Shown: positions 10,332 to 19,138 of the stretch, one piece after another
How positions within the stretch are numbered: position 1 is the first letter of the stretch
How the letters are laid out: every line of letters begins with the position of its first letter
NCBI GenBank assembly: GCA_964363045.1
Contig: CAYIGM010000001.1
Coordinates: forward strand, 1 to 36,389
From: an uncultured Candidatus Saccharibacteria bacterium
GTDB lineage: Bacteria > Patescibacteriota > Minisyncoccia > GCA-002772825
DNA length: 36,389 nucleotides
Direction of reading: 5' to 3'
Program-made: the position numbers and the translations under genes
Notes under the pieces: model-generated
The model's input: only the letters and a program-made list of their open reading frames with translations
Database searches by the model: none
What the model was told of the DNA's origin: nothing

Positions 10332-10793
10332 TTATCTTTTACTCCACTGAGGAGCTTTCCTGGCTTTTTTAAGTCCAAACTTGCGTCTTTCTTTGGCTCT
10401 TGGGTCGCGCTTCAGGTATGCGGCCTTTTTCAATCTTTTTCTAAATTCAGCATTAAATTTAATCAAAGCTCGCGCCAAGGCGTGCCTTAAAGCTTCAGAT
10501 TGGGCTTGGATACCGCCACCGCTGATTTTAGCCGTAATTTTAAATCTGTCATCGGCTTTCATTATTTCAAGCGAACTCATCGCTGTCTGGCGCAATTTAT
10601 CCGTTGGGAAATAATCACTGATATTTTTATCATTTATCATAATCTCGGATTTTTCCTTCCCTTTATTAAAAAGACGGACCCTGGCCACAGCTGTTTTTCT
10701 TCGCCCGACAGCTTCATAATACGCGCCTTTGGGAATTTCTTCTTTGTCGGCTCCGGCTATATTTATTTTTTCTGTTGTTTTTTCTGTAGGCAT
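10332..10793 (-). CDS. rpsI: 30S ribosomal protein S9
   Basis: AVGRRKTAVARV, GGGIQAQSEALRH, RKAPQWSKR. Confidence 0.99.
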   Translation of the reverse strand: MPTEKTTEKINIAGADKEEIPKGAYYEAVGRRKTAVARVRLFNKGKEKSEIMINDKNISDYFPTDKLRQTAMSSLEIMKADDRFKITAKISGGGIQAQSEALRHALARALIKFNAEFRKRLKKAAYLKRDPRAKERRKFGLKKARKAPQWSKR

Positions 10794-10794
10794 A

Positions 10795-11145
10795 TTAATC
10801 TTTTATAATTAAATTTTTCATCATCAATTTGTTCAGTTTATTTTTAGGCAGCATATTTTTAACAGCTCTTTTAAGCGCCTCTTTCATACCCAAGCGCTCG
10901 GAAAGCTTTTCCAGTGTCTCAAATTTTTGAGAACCCGGGTAACCGGAATGACTGATGTATTTCTTTTGCTTCATCTTATTTAAAGATGTATTTAAAAAAG
11001 ACACGTTCAACACCGTCACTTTTACAGGAGCGACTTCATTAGGTTTATAATCAGGAGAAGTCTTTCCATTTAAAATTTTAGCCGCCTCTGAAGCTACTCT
11101 GCCCAAAGCCCTGCCTTTTGCGTCTATTGTGTATTCTTTTTCCAT
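10795..11145 (-). CDS. rplM: 50S ribosomal protein L13 (short form)
   Basis: IDAKGRALGRVASEAAKILNGK, HSGYPG, AVKNMLPKN; precedes rpsI. Confidence 0.97.
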   Translation of the reverse strand: MEKEYTIDAKGRALGRVASEAAKILNGKTSPDYKPNEVAPVKVTVLNVSFLNTSLNKMKQKKYISHSGYPGSQKFETLEKLSERLGMKEALKRAVKNMLPKNKLNKLMMKNLIIKD

Positions 11146-11166
11146 AAGTAAGTAAGATAAATAAGA

Positions 11167-11514
11167 TTAAACGAATTCAATCACCGCCATCGGACTTGCG
11201 TCCCCCTTGCGGTTTCCCAGTTTTATAATGCGCGTATAACCGCCTTGGTTATTTTTATATTTTGGCGCTATCTCATCAAAAAGTTTTTTGGCGCTTTTTT
11301 CTCCCAGCTCGGCAATAATAATCCGGCGAGAAGAAAGTTTCTCACTTCTGGCTTTGGTCACCATCTTTTCTACAAAAGGCCTGAGTTCTTTTGCCTTGGC
11401 TTCAGTCGTTTTAATCTTTTCATGCTCAATGAAATTCTTAGCCAAAAGACGCATCAGCGCCTTTCTCTGATTTCTAACTCTGCCGAATTTTCGTCCTTTT
11501 TGCAAATGCTTCAT
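11167..11514 (-). CDS. rplQ: 50S ribosomal protein L17
   Basis: IKTTEAKAKE, GGYTRIIK, RKGDASPMAVIEFV. Confidence 0.99.
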   Translation of the reverse strand: MKHLQKGRKFGRVRNQRKALMRLLAKNFIEHEKIKTTEAKAKELRPFVEKMVTKARSEKLSSRRIIIAELGEKSAKKLFDEIAPKYKNNQGGYTRIIKLGNRKGDASPMAVIEFV

Positions 11515-11521
11515 AAATTCA

Positions 11522-12493
11522 TTACTCTTTTAACATAAGACCTAAATTGCCCAAAGCGCGCCTAATCTCCTGTATCCCCTTCTTTCCTAAATTTTCAATA
11601 AGCAAAAGGTCCTCTTCTCTTTTTCTAGTTAAACCGCCGACCGTCCTTATGCTCGCTTCAGAGAGCGTTTTCAATGTTCTTGAAGATAAATTAAGGTCTT
11701 CAATTCTCGTCTTAAGGTAATCCTCTTTTGACACCGCGTCAAGCTCTTCTTCAACCTCTTTCTTAACGGGCATTTCTTTCAATATTTCGGCATTTGAATT
11801 TTCATCCTCAAAGCCAACCATGGCTTTAAGCTGTTTAATAAGCAATTCTATGGCTTTCTCTAGCGCTTCACGAGGAGAGATAACACCGTCAGTCTCTATG
11901 GTAAACCGAAGTCTGTTATAATCAGTCCTGTCTCCGACTCTCATATTTTCCACCTCGTAATTAACCCTTCTAACCGGAGTAAACGCCGCATCTAAAACAA
12001 TAGTCCCCACTTCAACTTTATCTTTCTTCAATATCTCTCTCGGAATATAACCGAGCCCTTTCTCTACAGTCAATTCTATATTTAATTTTGAACTTTTATC
12101 CGTAAGAGTTGCAATATGCGCGTCTTTATTTATGACTTCAAGCTGACTTGAAATTTTTATATCAGCGGCCGTAACCTCTTTTGCTCCGCTCGCGGAGATA
12201 GTGACTTTCTGAGGTTCATCAGTGAGCATTTTAAATTTCACTTGCTTCAGATTCAAAAGAATCATTATTACATCTTCTTTTACTCCGGGTAAAACTGAAA
12301 ATTCATGAGGCGCGCCGTCTATCTTCACGGTAGTGACGGCGCTTCCAGGTAAAGAAGAAAGAATAGTCCTTCTTACGGAATTGCCTAAAGTATGACCATA
12401 GCCGGCATAAAGACTGTCTATCTCATAAACGCCCTTTGTCTCTTCCTCGGAAACGATTCTTGGTTTTGATGGTAAAATTATAGAGTAGTCCAT
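11522..12493 (-). CDS. rpoA: DNA-directed RNA polymerase subunit alpha
   Basis: GYGHTLGNSVRR, HEFS, FTPVRRVNYEVE, C-terminal domain IEDLNLSSRT. Confidence 0.99.
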   Translation of the reverse strand: MDYSIILPSKPRIVSEEETKGVYEIDSLYAGYGHTLGNSVRRTILSSLPGSAVTTVKIDGAPHEFSVLPGVKEDVIMILLNLKQVKFKMLTDEPQKVTISASGAKEVTAADIKISSQLEVINKDAHIATLTDKSSKLNIELTVEKGLGYIPREILKKDKVEVGTIVLDAAFTPVRRVNYEVENMRVGDRTDYNRLRFTIETDGVISPREALEKAIELLIKQLKAMVGFEDENSNAEILKEMPVKKEVEEELDAVSKEDYLKTRIEDLNLSSRTLKTLSEASIRTVGGLTRKREEDLLLIENLGKKGIQEIRRALGNLGLMLKE

Positions 12494-12515
12494 ATTATAT
12501 TATTATTTATAATAA

Positions 12516-13145
12516 TTAACGCGAATAAAGCTCAATAATTGAATTAATATTAAATTTAATCTCCTCTGGCGCGGCTCCGCTTATCACAGAACCTTCTTTT
12601 TTTTCTTTATCCAATGAAAGCCATGCGGGTGATTCAAATTTCTTCCACTTATCATCCAGACCAATAAATGGGCCCTTTAAAACGCTCCCTTCTCTAACCC
12701 CTATCTTATCGCCAATTTTTACGCTGTAAGAGGGGGTATTGATTCTCTTGCCATTAACAATTATATGCCCGTGAGAAACAAGTTGTCTGGCGCCGGCTCG
12801 ATTTGAAGCAAAACCCAGACGATAGACGACATTATCAAGACGAGATTCAAGAAGCTTCATCAGCTCAGAAGACGCAACGCCCTTTTTTTTCAATGATTCT
12901 TTTATATAATTGACAAACTGGCGCTCTCTCAAGCCATAAGAAAATTTTACCGCTTGTTTATTCCTTAATTGCGTTCCGTATTCGGAAGCGCCCCTTCTTC
13001 CGCCTTTTTTGGCGCCGCCTTTTCCGTGAATGCCCGGAGCGTAGGGCTTTACCACCATTTCGCATTTAGGGGTAAAACACCTCTCTCCTTTAAGAAAAAG
13101 TTTTTCTCCCGCTCGCCTGCAAATTTTACATCGTGAATTTTCCAT
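12516..13145 (-). CDS. rpsD: 30S ribosomal protein S4 (Zn-binding Cys form)
   Basis: CKICRR..LKGERC....C, LESRLDNVVYRLGF, ARQLVSHGH. Confidence 0.99.
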   Translation of the reverse strand: MENSRCKICRRAGEKLFLKGERCFTPKCEMVVKPYAPGIHGKGGAKKGGRRGASEYGTQLRNKQAVKFSYGLRERQFVNYIKESLKKKGVASSELMKLLESRLDNVVYRLGFASNRAGARQLVSHGHIIVNGKRINTPSYSVKIGDKIGVREGSVLKGPFIGLDDKWKKFESPAWLSLDKEKKEGSVISGAAPEEIKFNINSIIELYSR

Positions 13146-13157
13146 AAATAAAATTTA

Positions 13158-13592
13158 TTATACGCGCCTCGGTTTTTTAGACTTAGGGCCGTTATGGGGG
13201 ACCGGCGTTATATCCAATATGGAATTTATCTCAACCCCCCTCGCGGAAATAGTCCTTATGGCAGAATCTCTGCCGGCGCCAACTCCCTTCACCACCACAT
13301 CAGCGTCTTTTAATCCTATCAGCTTCGCTTTATCAATTACAACTTCAGCGACCTTAGAAGCGGCAAAAGGGGTCCCTTTTTTCGCCCCTTTAAAACCCAA
13401 CAGCCCGCTTGAAGACCAGATAAGCACGGCTCCATTGTCGTCTGATAACGATATCAAGGTATTATTATAAGTTGATAAGATATTGATTATCCCTTTTGAT
13501 ATCTTTTTTTTAGGAATACGCGCCATGGCCCTGGCCTTAAGGCCTTGGTCCATACTTGCTCCTTTTTTCTTAATTACAGATTTCTTTTCCAT
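13158..13592 (-). CDS. rpsK: 30S ribosomal protein S11
   Basis: STYNNT, GFKGAKKGTPFAA, DITPVPHNG. Confidence 0.98.
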   Translation of the reverse strand: MEKKSVIKKKGASMDQGLKARAMARIPKKKISKGIINILSTYNNTLISLSDDNGAVLIWSSSGLLGFKGAKKGTPFAASKVAEVVIDKAKLIGLKDADVVVKGVGAGRDSAIRTISARGVEINSILDITPVPHNGPKSKKPRRV

Positions 13593-13605
13593 TTTTAATC
13601 AATTA

Positions 13606-13986
13606 TTATTTTTTATCAACTTTTGTTCTTCCCGAACCCATGGTCTTCCTGACATTCCCTCTCCTGGTTCTTGAATTGGTCTTGGTTCTTTGCCCTCTTG
13701 AAGGAAGCGCTCTTCTGTGCCTCTCTCCCCTGTAAGATTTTATCTCCTTCAGTCTTTTGATATTCTCGGCAATATCTCTCCTCAAATCCCCCTCCAATAC
13801 ATAATTTTCAGCAATCTCTCTAATCTTCTTCTCATCCTCCGTCGTGAGGTCAGCCGCTAATTTATTTTTCGGAATTCCGGCTTCTTTCAATATTTTTCCG
13901 GCCCTGAAGCGTCCGATACCGTAAATAGCGCTAAGAGCTATCTCTAAATGTTTTTTATCCGGAATATTTATGCCTTTGATTCTCAT
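13606..13986 (-). CDS. rpsM: 30S ribosomal protein S13
   Basis: RIKGINIP, IYGIG, EGDLRR, YRGERH..LPSRGQRTKTNSRTR. Confidence 0.99.
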   Translation of the reverse strand: MRIKGINIPDKKHLEIALSAIYGIGRFRAGKILKEAGIPKNKLAADLTTEDEKKIREIAENYVLEGDLRRDIAENIKRLKEIKSYRGERHRRALPSRGQRTKTNSRTRRGNVRKTMGSGRTKVDKK

Positions 13987-13992
13987 AATATC

Positions 13993-14109
13993 TTACCCTT
14001 GTCTTTGTTTATGCTTGGGATTTTTCTGACAAATAATATAAATCCGGCCGTTCCGTCTTGTCATCTTGCAATCTTTGCATATTTTTTTAATGGAAGCCCG
14101 AATTTTCAT
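13993..14109 (-). CDS. rpmJ: 50S ribosomal protein L36 (not in the ORF track)
   Basis: manual translation [38 protein letters not shown], located between infA and rpsM. Confidence 0.98.
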   Translation of the reverse strand: MKIRASIKKICKDCKMTRRNGRIYIICQKNPKHKQRQG

Positions 14110-14149
14110 AATAAAAATAATATATTTACAATGATATATGTAATTTGTT

Positions 14150-14371
14150 TTAAAATCTTTTTCTAATTCTTCCTTTTGTATCCGTCGGCGAACTCATTTC
14201 CATGCCGACATTATCGCCAACCAAGACCTTAATGCGATGCATTCGCATTTTTCCGGAGAGATAAGCTATTATTTCCCGACCGCCTTCAAGACGAATGCGA
14301 AAAGTAGCATTGGGCAAAGCCTCTATAACTGTCCCCCTGACCAGTTGGTCTTGTTCCTTATTTTCCATCAT
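14150..14371 (-). CDS. infA: translation initiation factor IF-1
   Basis: [32 protein letters not shown]. Confidence 0.99.
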   Translation of the reverse strand: MMENKEQDQLVRGTVIEALPNATFRIRLEGGREIIAYLSGKMRMHRIKVLVGDNVGMEMSSPTDTKGRIRKRF

Positions 14372-14410
14372 TTAATTACTTAAAATCTAATATATCAGAA
14401 ATTGCGCGAA

Positions 14411-15730
14411 TTAGTCAAGCCCGGTCTTCAATATTTCTTCATATTTCACTTTTGAGCCGTCTTTCAGAACAAAACGCCACCAAGAAGGATGGAATATTAC
14501 TTCGGCTTTTTCTATGGGGTAATTTTTTAAAAATGACTCAATATTGCTGTTTCCTTTCTCCAAAAAATCTTTCTTTAAATTATCTTCGTTTATATTCCAG
14601 ACAAAATGACCGGCGCCCTCCATACTAAAGATGATTTTATCATTATCTTTTTTCCTTTCAGAAAGAGACGCTGAAATATCTTTCAAATTCATAATCCGAG
14701 CATCGGCTCCTTTTTCCAAATATTTGGAAACCAGAACATTTGACAAATCGTTCTCTTTTATTAAAAAAACCTTAAGTATCCCTTTTTCTTTTATTTTGAA
14801 ATCTTTCGCTTCGTCTCCAGAATGAGGATTATCTTTATCAGAAACAAAATCCAGCATAGTCAAATCAGCATAATACAAAAATCCGACTGGTATGCTCATC
14901 TCCGTCTTCTTTATCAAAGTCTCTTTTATTTCATTTCTTAAAACTTCTCTGACAGAAGAAATATCATCTTCGGTAATAATATTGGACTGGCCGACAAACC
15001 CTCCCGTCATTTCAGTTTTTGACCGGGCGTAAAATTTATCATATTTTGCATCACCCTTAAACCCCGGAACAGTGAAGTCGCTAAGACCCATATTATATTT
15101 CTCACCCGGCTCATCGGCATACACGGTGACTTCAACAGAACCGGGGATAATCTGCCCATTTTTAACCAGAGTGCCCGGCACCGTCGTCTGGCTGTCAATC
15201 CTGTAAATCTTGCCGTCCGGAGTTTCAAACCTCGTCCTCCTTACAAGCGTTTGAGGAGTGGCGCTGTATTCATTATAAATAACAATTTTACCGCTTGCTT
15301 TTTTTTCCATTTTTTTTATTCCGCTGGATTGGCTTGCCTTTTCACCGCCTTCACTCACTTCCATAAGCTCAAAATAAACATTTTGGCTGTTATTCGCTTC
15401 TTCTTTTTTTTGAGAATCAATCCCGGCAAAAGCTTCTATGCTGGTTTTTATGCTTTTAAACTCTTGCTTCGGGGTGATACGAAGCGTCACCCAAGAAAAA
15501 TTCCTCAAAATGAAAATAGCCGCGACTATAAAAAATAAAACAATAACTAATTTATATGCCAACTTCAATCTTGGCAATTTTATAAATTTTGGCATCTTTA
15601 CGGATAATCTTTTCTTATTCTTCGGCATTGCAATATCGCCGAAAGAATGTTCTTCTTTCTTGATTGTCTCAACTTTTATTTCCGGCTTCCTTCTTCTCAT
15701 CACCATATCTTGTATTATTTTTTTTGCCAT
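14411..15730 (-). CDS. single-pass membrane protein with an extracytoplasmic baseplate-J/gp47-like domain
   Basis: basic N-terminus, one TM (~aa 57-75), then KASGKIVIYN...TRFETPDGKIY...VPG...VEVTVYADEPGEKYN...MTGG; fold assignment is from pattern recall. Confidence 0.65.
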   Translation of the reverse strand: MAKKIIQDMVMRRRKPEIKVETIKKEEHSFGDIAMPKNKKRLSVKMPKFIKLPRLKLAYKLVIVLFFIVAAIFILRNFSWVTLRITPKQEFKSIKTSIEAFAGIDSQKKEEANNSQNVYFELMEVSEGGEKASQSSGIKKMEKKASGKIVIYNEYSATPQTLVRRTRFETPDGKIYRIDSQTTVPGTLVKNGQIIPGSVEVTVYADEPGEKYNMGLSDFTVPGFKGDAKYDKFYARSKTEMTGGFVGQSNIITEDDISSVREVLRNEIKETLIKKTEMSIPVGFLYYADLTMLDFVSDKDNPHSGDEAKDFKIKEKGILKVFLIKENDLSNVLVSKYLEKGADARIMNLKDISASLSERKKDNDKIIFSMEGAGHFVWNINEDNLKKDFLEKGNSNIESFLKNYPIEKAEVIFHPSWWRFVLKDGSKVKYEEILKTGLD

Positions 15731-15756
15731 AATTATTGATTGTTATTTAAATATTA

Positions 15757-16932
15757 TCACAGAAACTTGCCGGCAAAAAGAGCCTCCATCAGAAGAAACA
15801 CGTCTTTCTCCTCTTTCATGGTCTTTGATAATTTAAAAATTTTATCCAGCGACTCCGAGGAGATTCTATTCAAGCTGAAACTTCTGCCTAAGACGGTAAA
15901 TCGGGAGAAAAAATCATCCTGAACACATCCGGAAAATTCTTCAACTATCTTATCGTTGCCCGCCAAAAATAAATTTTGAGGCAACGGCGCAATCTCCGCG
16001 ATCTTCTCCACCGCTTCTTTAAAAAAGCCGGCCCATTCATTTTTCGCTTCGCCAATCGCTTTTGAAATTTTATCTGCGGCTCTCTCTTCAGAGTGGCCTT
16101 TTTCAAGACGAGAAAAAATTGAAGTCGTCTCTTTGATGAGAGTATTCAAAGCTTTGCCTATTTTCCTCAAAACAAAATTTTTTCCCAATGGAAAAGAGAT
16201 GGTCTCTTCAAGTATCCCTTTTCTGATAAGCGATATATCTGTGGCTTCGCCGGCGACATCAACAAATAAAAATCCTTCGTCATTGCCTACTGAACCTTTC
16301 AAAATATTGAACGCCACAAAGGGAAAAGTGCGAAATATTACGGGCGTTCCGGCAAAACTCTCCCGAATTATGTCTTCTATTCCTTCTTTAATCTTCGTCT
16401 TGCCCATACTCATATAAACATAAATGTCCAATTGGCGCGCTTTCTTGCCCAGAGGTTTTGCCGTGTCATAGCCGTTTAGGACCGACTTCATAATATTGTG
16501 CTCAAAAAGAGACAGCTCCTCGCCTGGAGAGATGGCGTCAAGCTCTTGCGCGTATGTTTTTTTAAATATCGCGGCTTCATCTCTTATCAAGCCGTCAAGT
16601 AATTTTTCATCAATCTTAAAGGACTGGTCTTTTCTGACTTTTATTATCCGGGTTTGAGAAACATGCAATAAAGAACTTAGGACACAAAACGCGAAATCCG
16701 GAGACTGGCGAGCCTTGCCCCTCAAAGACTGAACCGTCTTCTTGAATGCCTCTTCCAGATATTTATGAAATAAATGCGGATTAGCATCCTCTCTGAATTT
16801 TATATCAATATTAACGCTTGCCAAAATTTCAATTTCATTCTTATGGCTATTGCGAACCAATAAGCCGCCGACCGAACCGCTCCCTATATCAAAAACGGCG
16901 AATATTTTTTCCTTTTTGGTAAACAAAAACAT
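15757..16932 (-). CDS. FtsA/PilM-like actin-fold protein (degenerate motifs)
   Basis: VFDIGSGSV (phosphate-1), FVDVAGEATD (phosphate-2), FPLGKN, LAGN; start at 16932 follows TGTTAAAAT; alternative start 16950. Confidence 0.75.
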   Translation of the reverse strand: MFLFTKKEKIFAVFDIGSGSVGGLLVRNSHKNEIEILASVNIDIKFREDANPHLFHKYLEEAFKKTVQSLRGKARQSPDFAFCVLSSLLHVSQTRIIKVRKDQSFKIDEKLLDGLIRDEAAIFKKTYAQELDAISPGEELSLFEHNIMKSVLNGYDTAKPLGKKARQLDIYVYMSMGKTKIKEGIEDIIRESFAGTPVIFRTFPFVAFNILKGSVGNDEGFLFVDVAGEATDISLIRKGILEETISFPLGKNFVLRKIGKALNTLIKETTSIFSRLEKGHSEERAADKISKAIGEAKNEWAGFFKEAVEKIAEIAPLPQNLFLAGNDKIVEEFSGCVQDDFFSRFTVLGRSFSLNRISSESLDKIFKLSKTMKEEKDVFLLMEALFAGKFL

Positions 16933-16959
16933 TTGCTTTAATTTTAACATAAATACGAT

Positions 16960-16995
16960 AAAAAAAGCCCCTCAATCCTGTGGATTGAGGGGCTT
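16960..16995 (-). terminator. intrinsic terminator
   Basis: AAGCCCCTCAATCC-ACA-GGATTGAGGGGCTT (14-bp stem) running into a U tract on the minus strand. Confidence 0.85.
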
Positions 16996-17002
16996 ACTAT
17001 AT

Positions 17003-17035
17003 TCACCCAAAAGGCGGGTGGGTTCGCAGGCGCAT
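17003..17035 (-). CDS. putative 10-aa micro-ORF MRLRTHPPFG
   Basis: GAAAGGAG SD 6 nt before the ATG; ends just before the terminator. Confidence 0.4.
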   Translation of the reverse strand: MRLRTHPPFG

Positions 17036-17094
17036 GGCGCTCTCCTTTCGTTTTTAAAAAATTTAGCGAATACGATCGACCCTCGGCGTAGAGT

Positions 17095-17145
17095 TTAAGC
17101 GACCTCGCTGAAGCCGAATACCTTTGCCTTGCATCTCTTCATCAT
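17095..17145 (-). CDS. putative 16-aa micro-ORF MMKRCKAKVFGFSEVA
   Basis: GAAAGGAG SD 7 nt before the ATG; downstream of a sigma70-like promoter. Confidence 0.45.
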   Translation of the reverse strand: MMKRCKAKVFGFSEVA

Positions 17146-17198
17146 AGCTTTTCTCCTTTCCGGCTCTTTTGAGCCTTTATTTTTGGCCGTTATTGGCC

Positions 17199-17228
17199 TT
17201 TTTCAGGTATTATAAAATACCTGAAAAA
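17199..17228. repeat. perfect 13-bp inverted repeat (5' hairpin or operator)
   Basis: TTTTTCAGGTATT-ATAA-AATACCTGAAAAA. Confidence 0.7.
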
Positions 17229-17241
17229 ACTATCTTTTTAT

Positions 17242-17269
17242 ATTATACACATATAACATTTTTTATCAA
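17242..17269 (-). promoter_or_regulatory. sigma70-type promoter
   Basis: TTGATA-16 nt-TATAAT on the minus strand, overlapping the mreC stop. Confidence 0.6.
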
Positions 17270-18111
17270 ATTTTTGTATCCCTAGATACTTGAGGAAAAA
17301 TCGCATTAGTCAAATCCGGAAAAACTTCTACCCATTTAAGCTCCTGTATATTTAAAGGGGTCCGGAGAAGCACTTTCTGGAAAGCGTCCGCCATGTCAGC
17401 CTTTATAAATTCCATTATGCCGACAATGAAAGGATTCACTCCTGGAGTTATTATCAAACTCCCGACTTCAACTTTATCTATTCTCGGCAATGTAATTTCA
17501 AAATTACCTCCTCCGTTCCCCTTCGCCGTGGAAAAAATATTTAACCCGTTTATTAAAACATTTATTTCCTGCCCGGAGCTGGAATAAAGCCTGACTCTTG
17601 CCGTATCCGCAAAAACTTTTTCTACAAAACCCAATAGAATATTGCCATAAGAGCCGACTAGCATTCCTTCTTTCACCCCGCTATCCGTTCCGATATCTAT
17701 GATAAGAATATCATAAGGAACTTGAGGCGGCCGCAATATCACGGAAGCGGTTATGCTTTTCCTCTCGCTGTTTTTCCTTCCCAATATGCTTTTTAACTCA
17801 TCACTCTCTTTTTTTAAAACATCAAGCGACAATGCGTCGCTCTCCATTTCCAAAATTTTTTCTTTCAACTTCGCATTCTCTTGTTCCAGCGCTTTTTTAT
17901 TTTTCAAAATATAAAAATTTGACGAATACAAATTATATAAAGAATCCCTAACGGCAAACAATGGCGATGCCAAAGAAAAAGCGGCGCCTGAAAGAGATTG
18001 GCCGGAATTAGAATTAAGAAAAAACGCGGTAGCTAAAATCACCGCTGATATTATTATCGGAAAAGATATTTTCTTTCCTATTTTCCTATTGTGGCGGAAG
18101 GTCATCTTCAT
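17266..18111 (-). CDS. mreC: rod shape-determining protein MreC
   Basis: N-terminal TM, coiled coil LEQENAKLK, IIDIGTDSGVKEGMLV; follows mreB; start uncertain (18111 or 18105). Confidence 0.92.
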   Translation of the reverse strand: MKMTFRHNRKIGKKISFPIIISAVILATAFFLNSNSGQSLSGAAFSLASPLFAVRDSLYNLYSSNFYILKNKKALEQENAKLKEKILEMESDALSLDVLKKESDELKSILGRKNSERKSITASVILRPPQVPYDILIIDIGTDSGVKEGMLVGSYGNILLGFVEKVFADTARVRLYSSSGQEINVLINGLNIFSTAKGNGGGNFEITLPRIDKVEVGSLIITPGVNPFIVGIMEFIKADMADAFQKVLLRTPLNIQELKWVEVFPDLTNAIFPQVSRDTKI

Positions 18112-19138
18112 GCTGAATAAGAACATCTTGAAGCGCGTCAAGATTCTCAAGAATAATGCCGGTGCCTCTCACTACGGCGGTTAAAGGCTCGTCAGCCACA
18201 TGAACCGGAATTTTCACCTCGGAAGACAAGTGTTCGGCCAAGCCTTTAAGATACGACCCTCCGCCAACAAGCATTATCCCCCTATGCATAATATCAGACA
18301 CCAGCTCCGGCGGGGTCTCTTCTATAACCTCTTTTACCGCGTTAACAAGCGAACGAGTCGTTTTTGAAATTGCCTGTCTTATATCAGAAGCGGTCAATAT
18401 AACCTCTCTGGGCAATCCGGTAATAAGGTCCCGTCCTCTAACGGCGGATTCAAGGTCATCGTCGCTCTCCAGAACGGAGCCTATCGCTATTTTTACATCT
18501 TCCGCCGTCTGCTCGCCCAGCAAAACTTTAAATTCATCTCTCACGTAATGAATAATATCATGGTTTAACCTGTCACCGGCCATTTTCAAACTTTTTGATA
18601 AAACTATTCCACCCAAAGAAATTACCGCCACATCGGAAGTTCCTCCGCCCATATCTATCACCATATTGCCAACCGGCTCTGAAATAGGCAGACGCATGCC
18701 GATAGCCGCCGCCATCGGCTCTTCCACTATATAAACTTCCTTAGCGCCGGCATTTTTGGCGGCATCGCGAACCGCTCTGACCTCAACATTAGTGACTCCG
18801 GAAGGGACGCCGATGACCACTCTTGGGCGGGACAAAATACTCTTTTTATTCTCTTGAGCTTTTTTTATAAAATACGCTATCATCTCTTCCGCCACCTCAA
18901 AATCTGAAATAACCCCGTCAATAAGCGGCCTGATCGCGCTGATGTGAGCCGGCGTTCTGCCCACCATTTTTTTGGCTTCCGTGCCTATAGCCACAACCTG
19001 TCCGGTTTTCTGATTTACCGCCACAACGGACGGTTCATTGATAATAATCCCCTCTCCGCTTACATAAACAAGAGTATTAGCCGTACCAAGGTCAATACCT
19101 ATATTGTGCGAAAAAAAATTATTGAATTTTTTTAACAT
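18086..19138 (-). CDS. mreB: rod shape-determining protein MreB
   Basis: GIDLGTANT, NEPSVVA, RPLIDGVISDF, EEPMAAAIG, DMGGGTSD. Confidence 0.98.
   Translation of the reverse strand: MLKKFNNFFSHNIGIDLGTANTLVYVSGEGIIINEPSVVAVNQKTGQVVAIGTEAKKMVGRTPAHISAIRPLIDGVISDFEVAEEMIAYFIKKAQENKKSILSRPRVVIGVPSGVTNVEVRAVRDAAKNAGAKEVYIVEEPMAAAIGMRLPISEPVGNMVIDMGGGTSDVAVISLGGIVLSKSLKMAGDRLNHDIIHYVRDEFKVLLGEQTAEDVKIAIGSVLESDDDLESAVRGRDLITGLPREVILTASDIRQAISKTTRSLVNAVKEVIEETPPELVSDIMHRGIMLVGGGSYLKGLAEHLSSEVKIPVHVADEPLTAVVRGTGIILENLDALQDVLIQHEDDLPPQ

Noticed and set aside
16960-17240. tmRNA, SRP RNA, RNase P RNA or attenuator interpretation of the micro-ORF region
   Set aside because: No tRNA-like ends, SRP loop or RNase P GAGGAAAGTCC motif; the downstream gene has its own extended -10 after the terminator.
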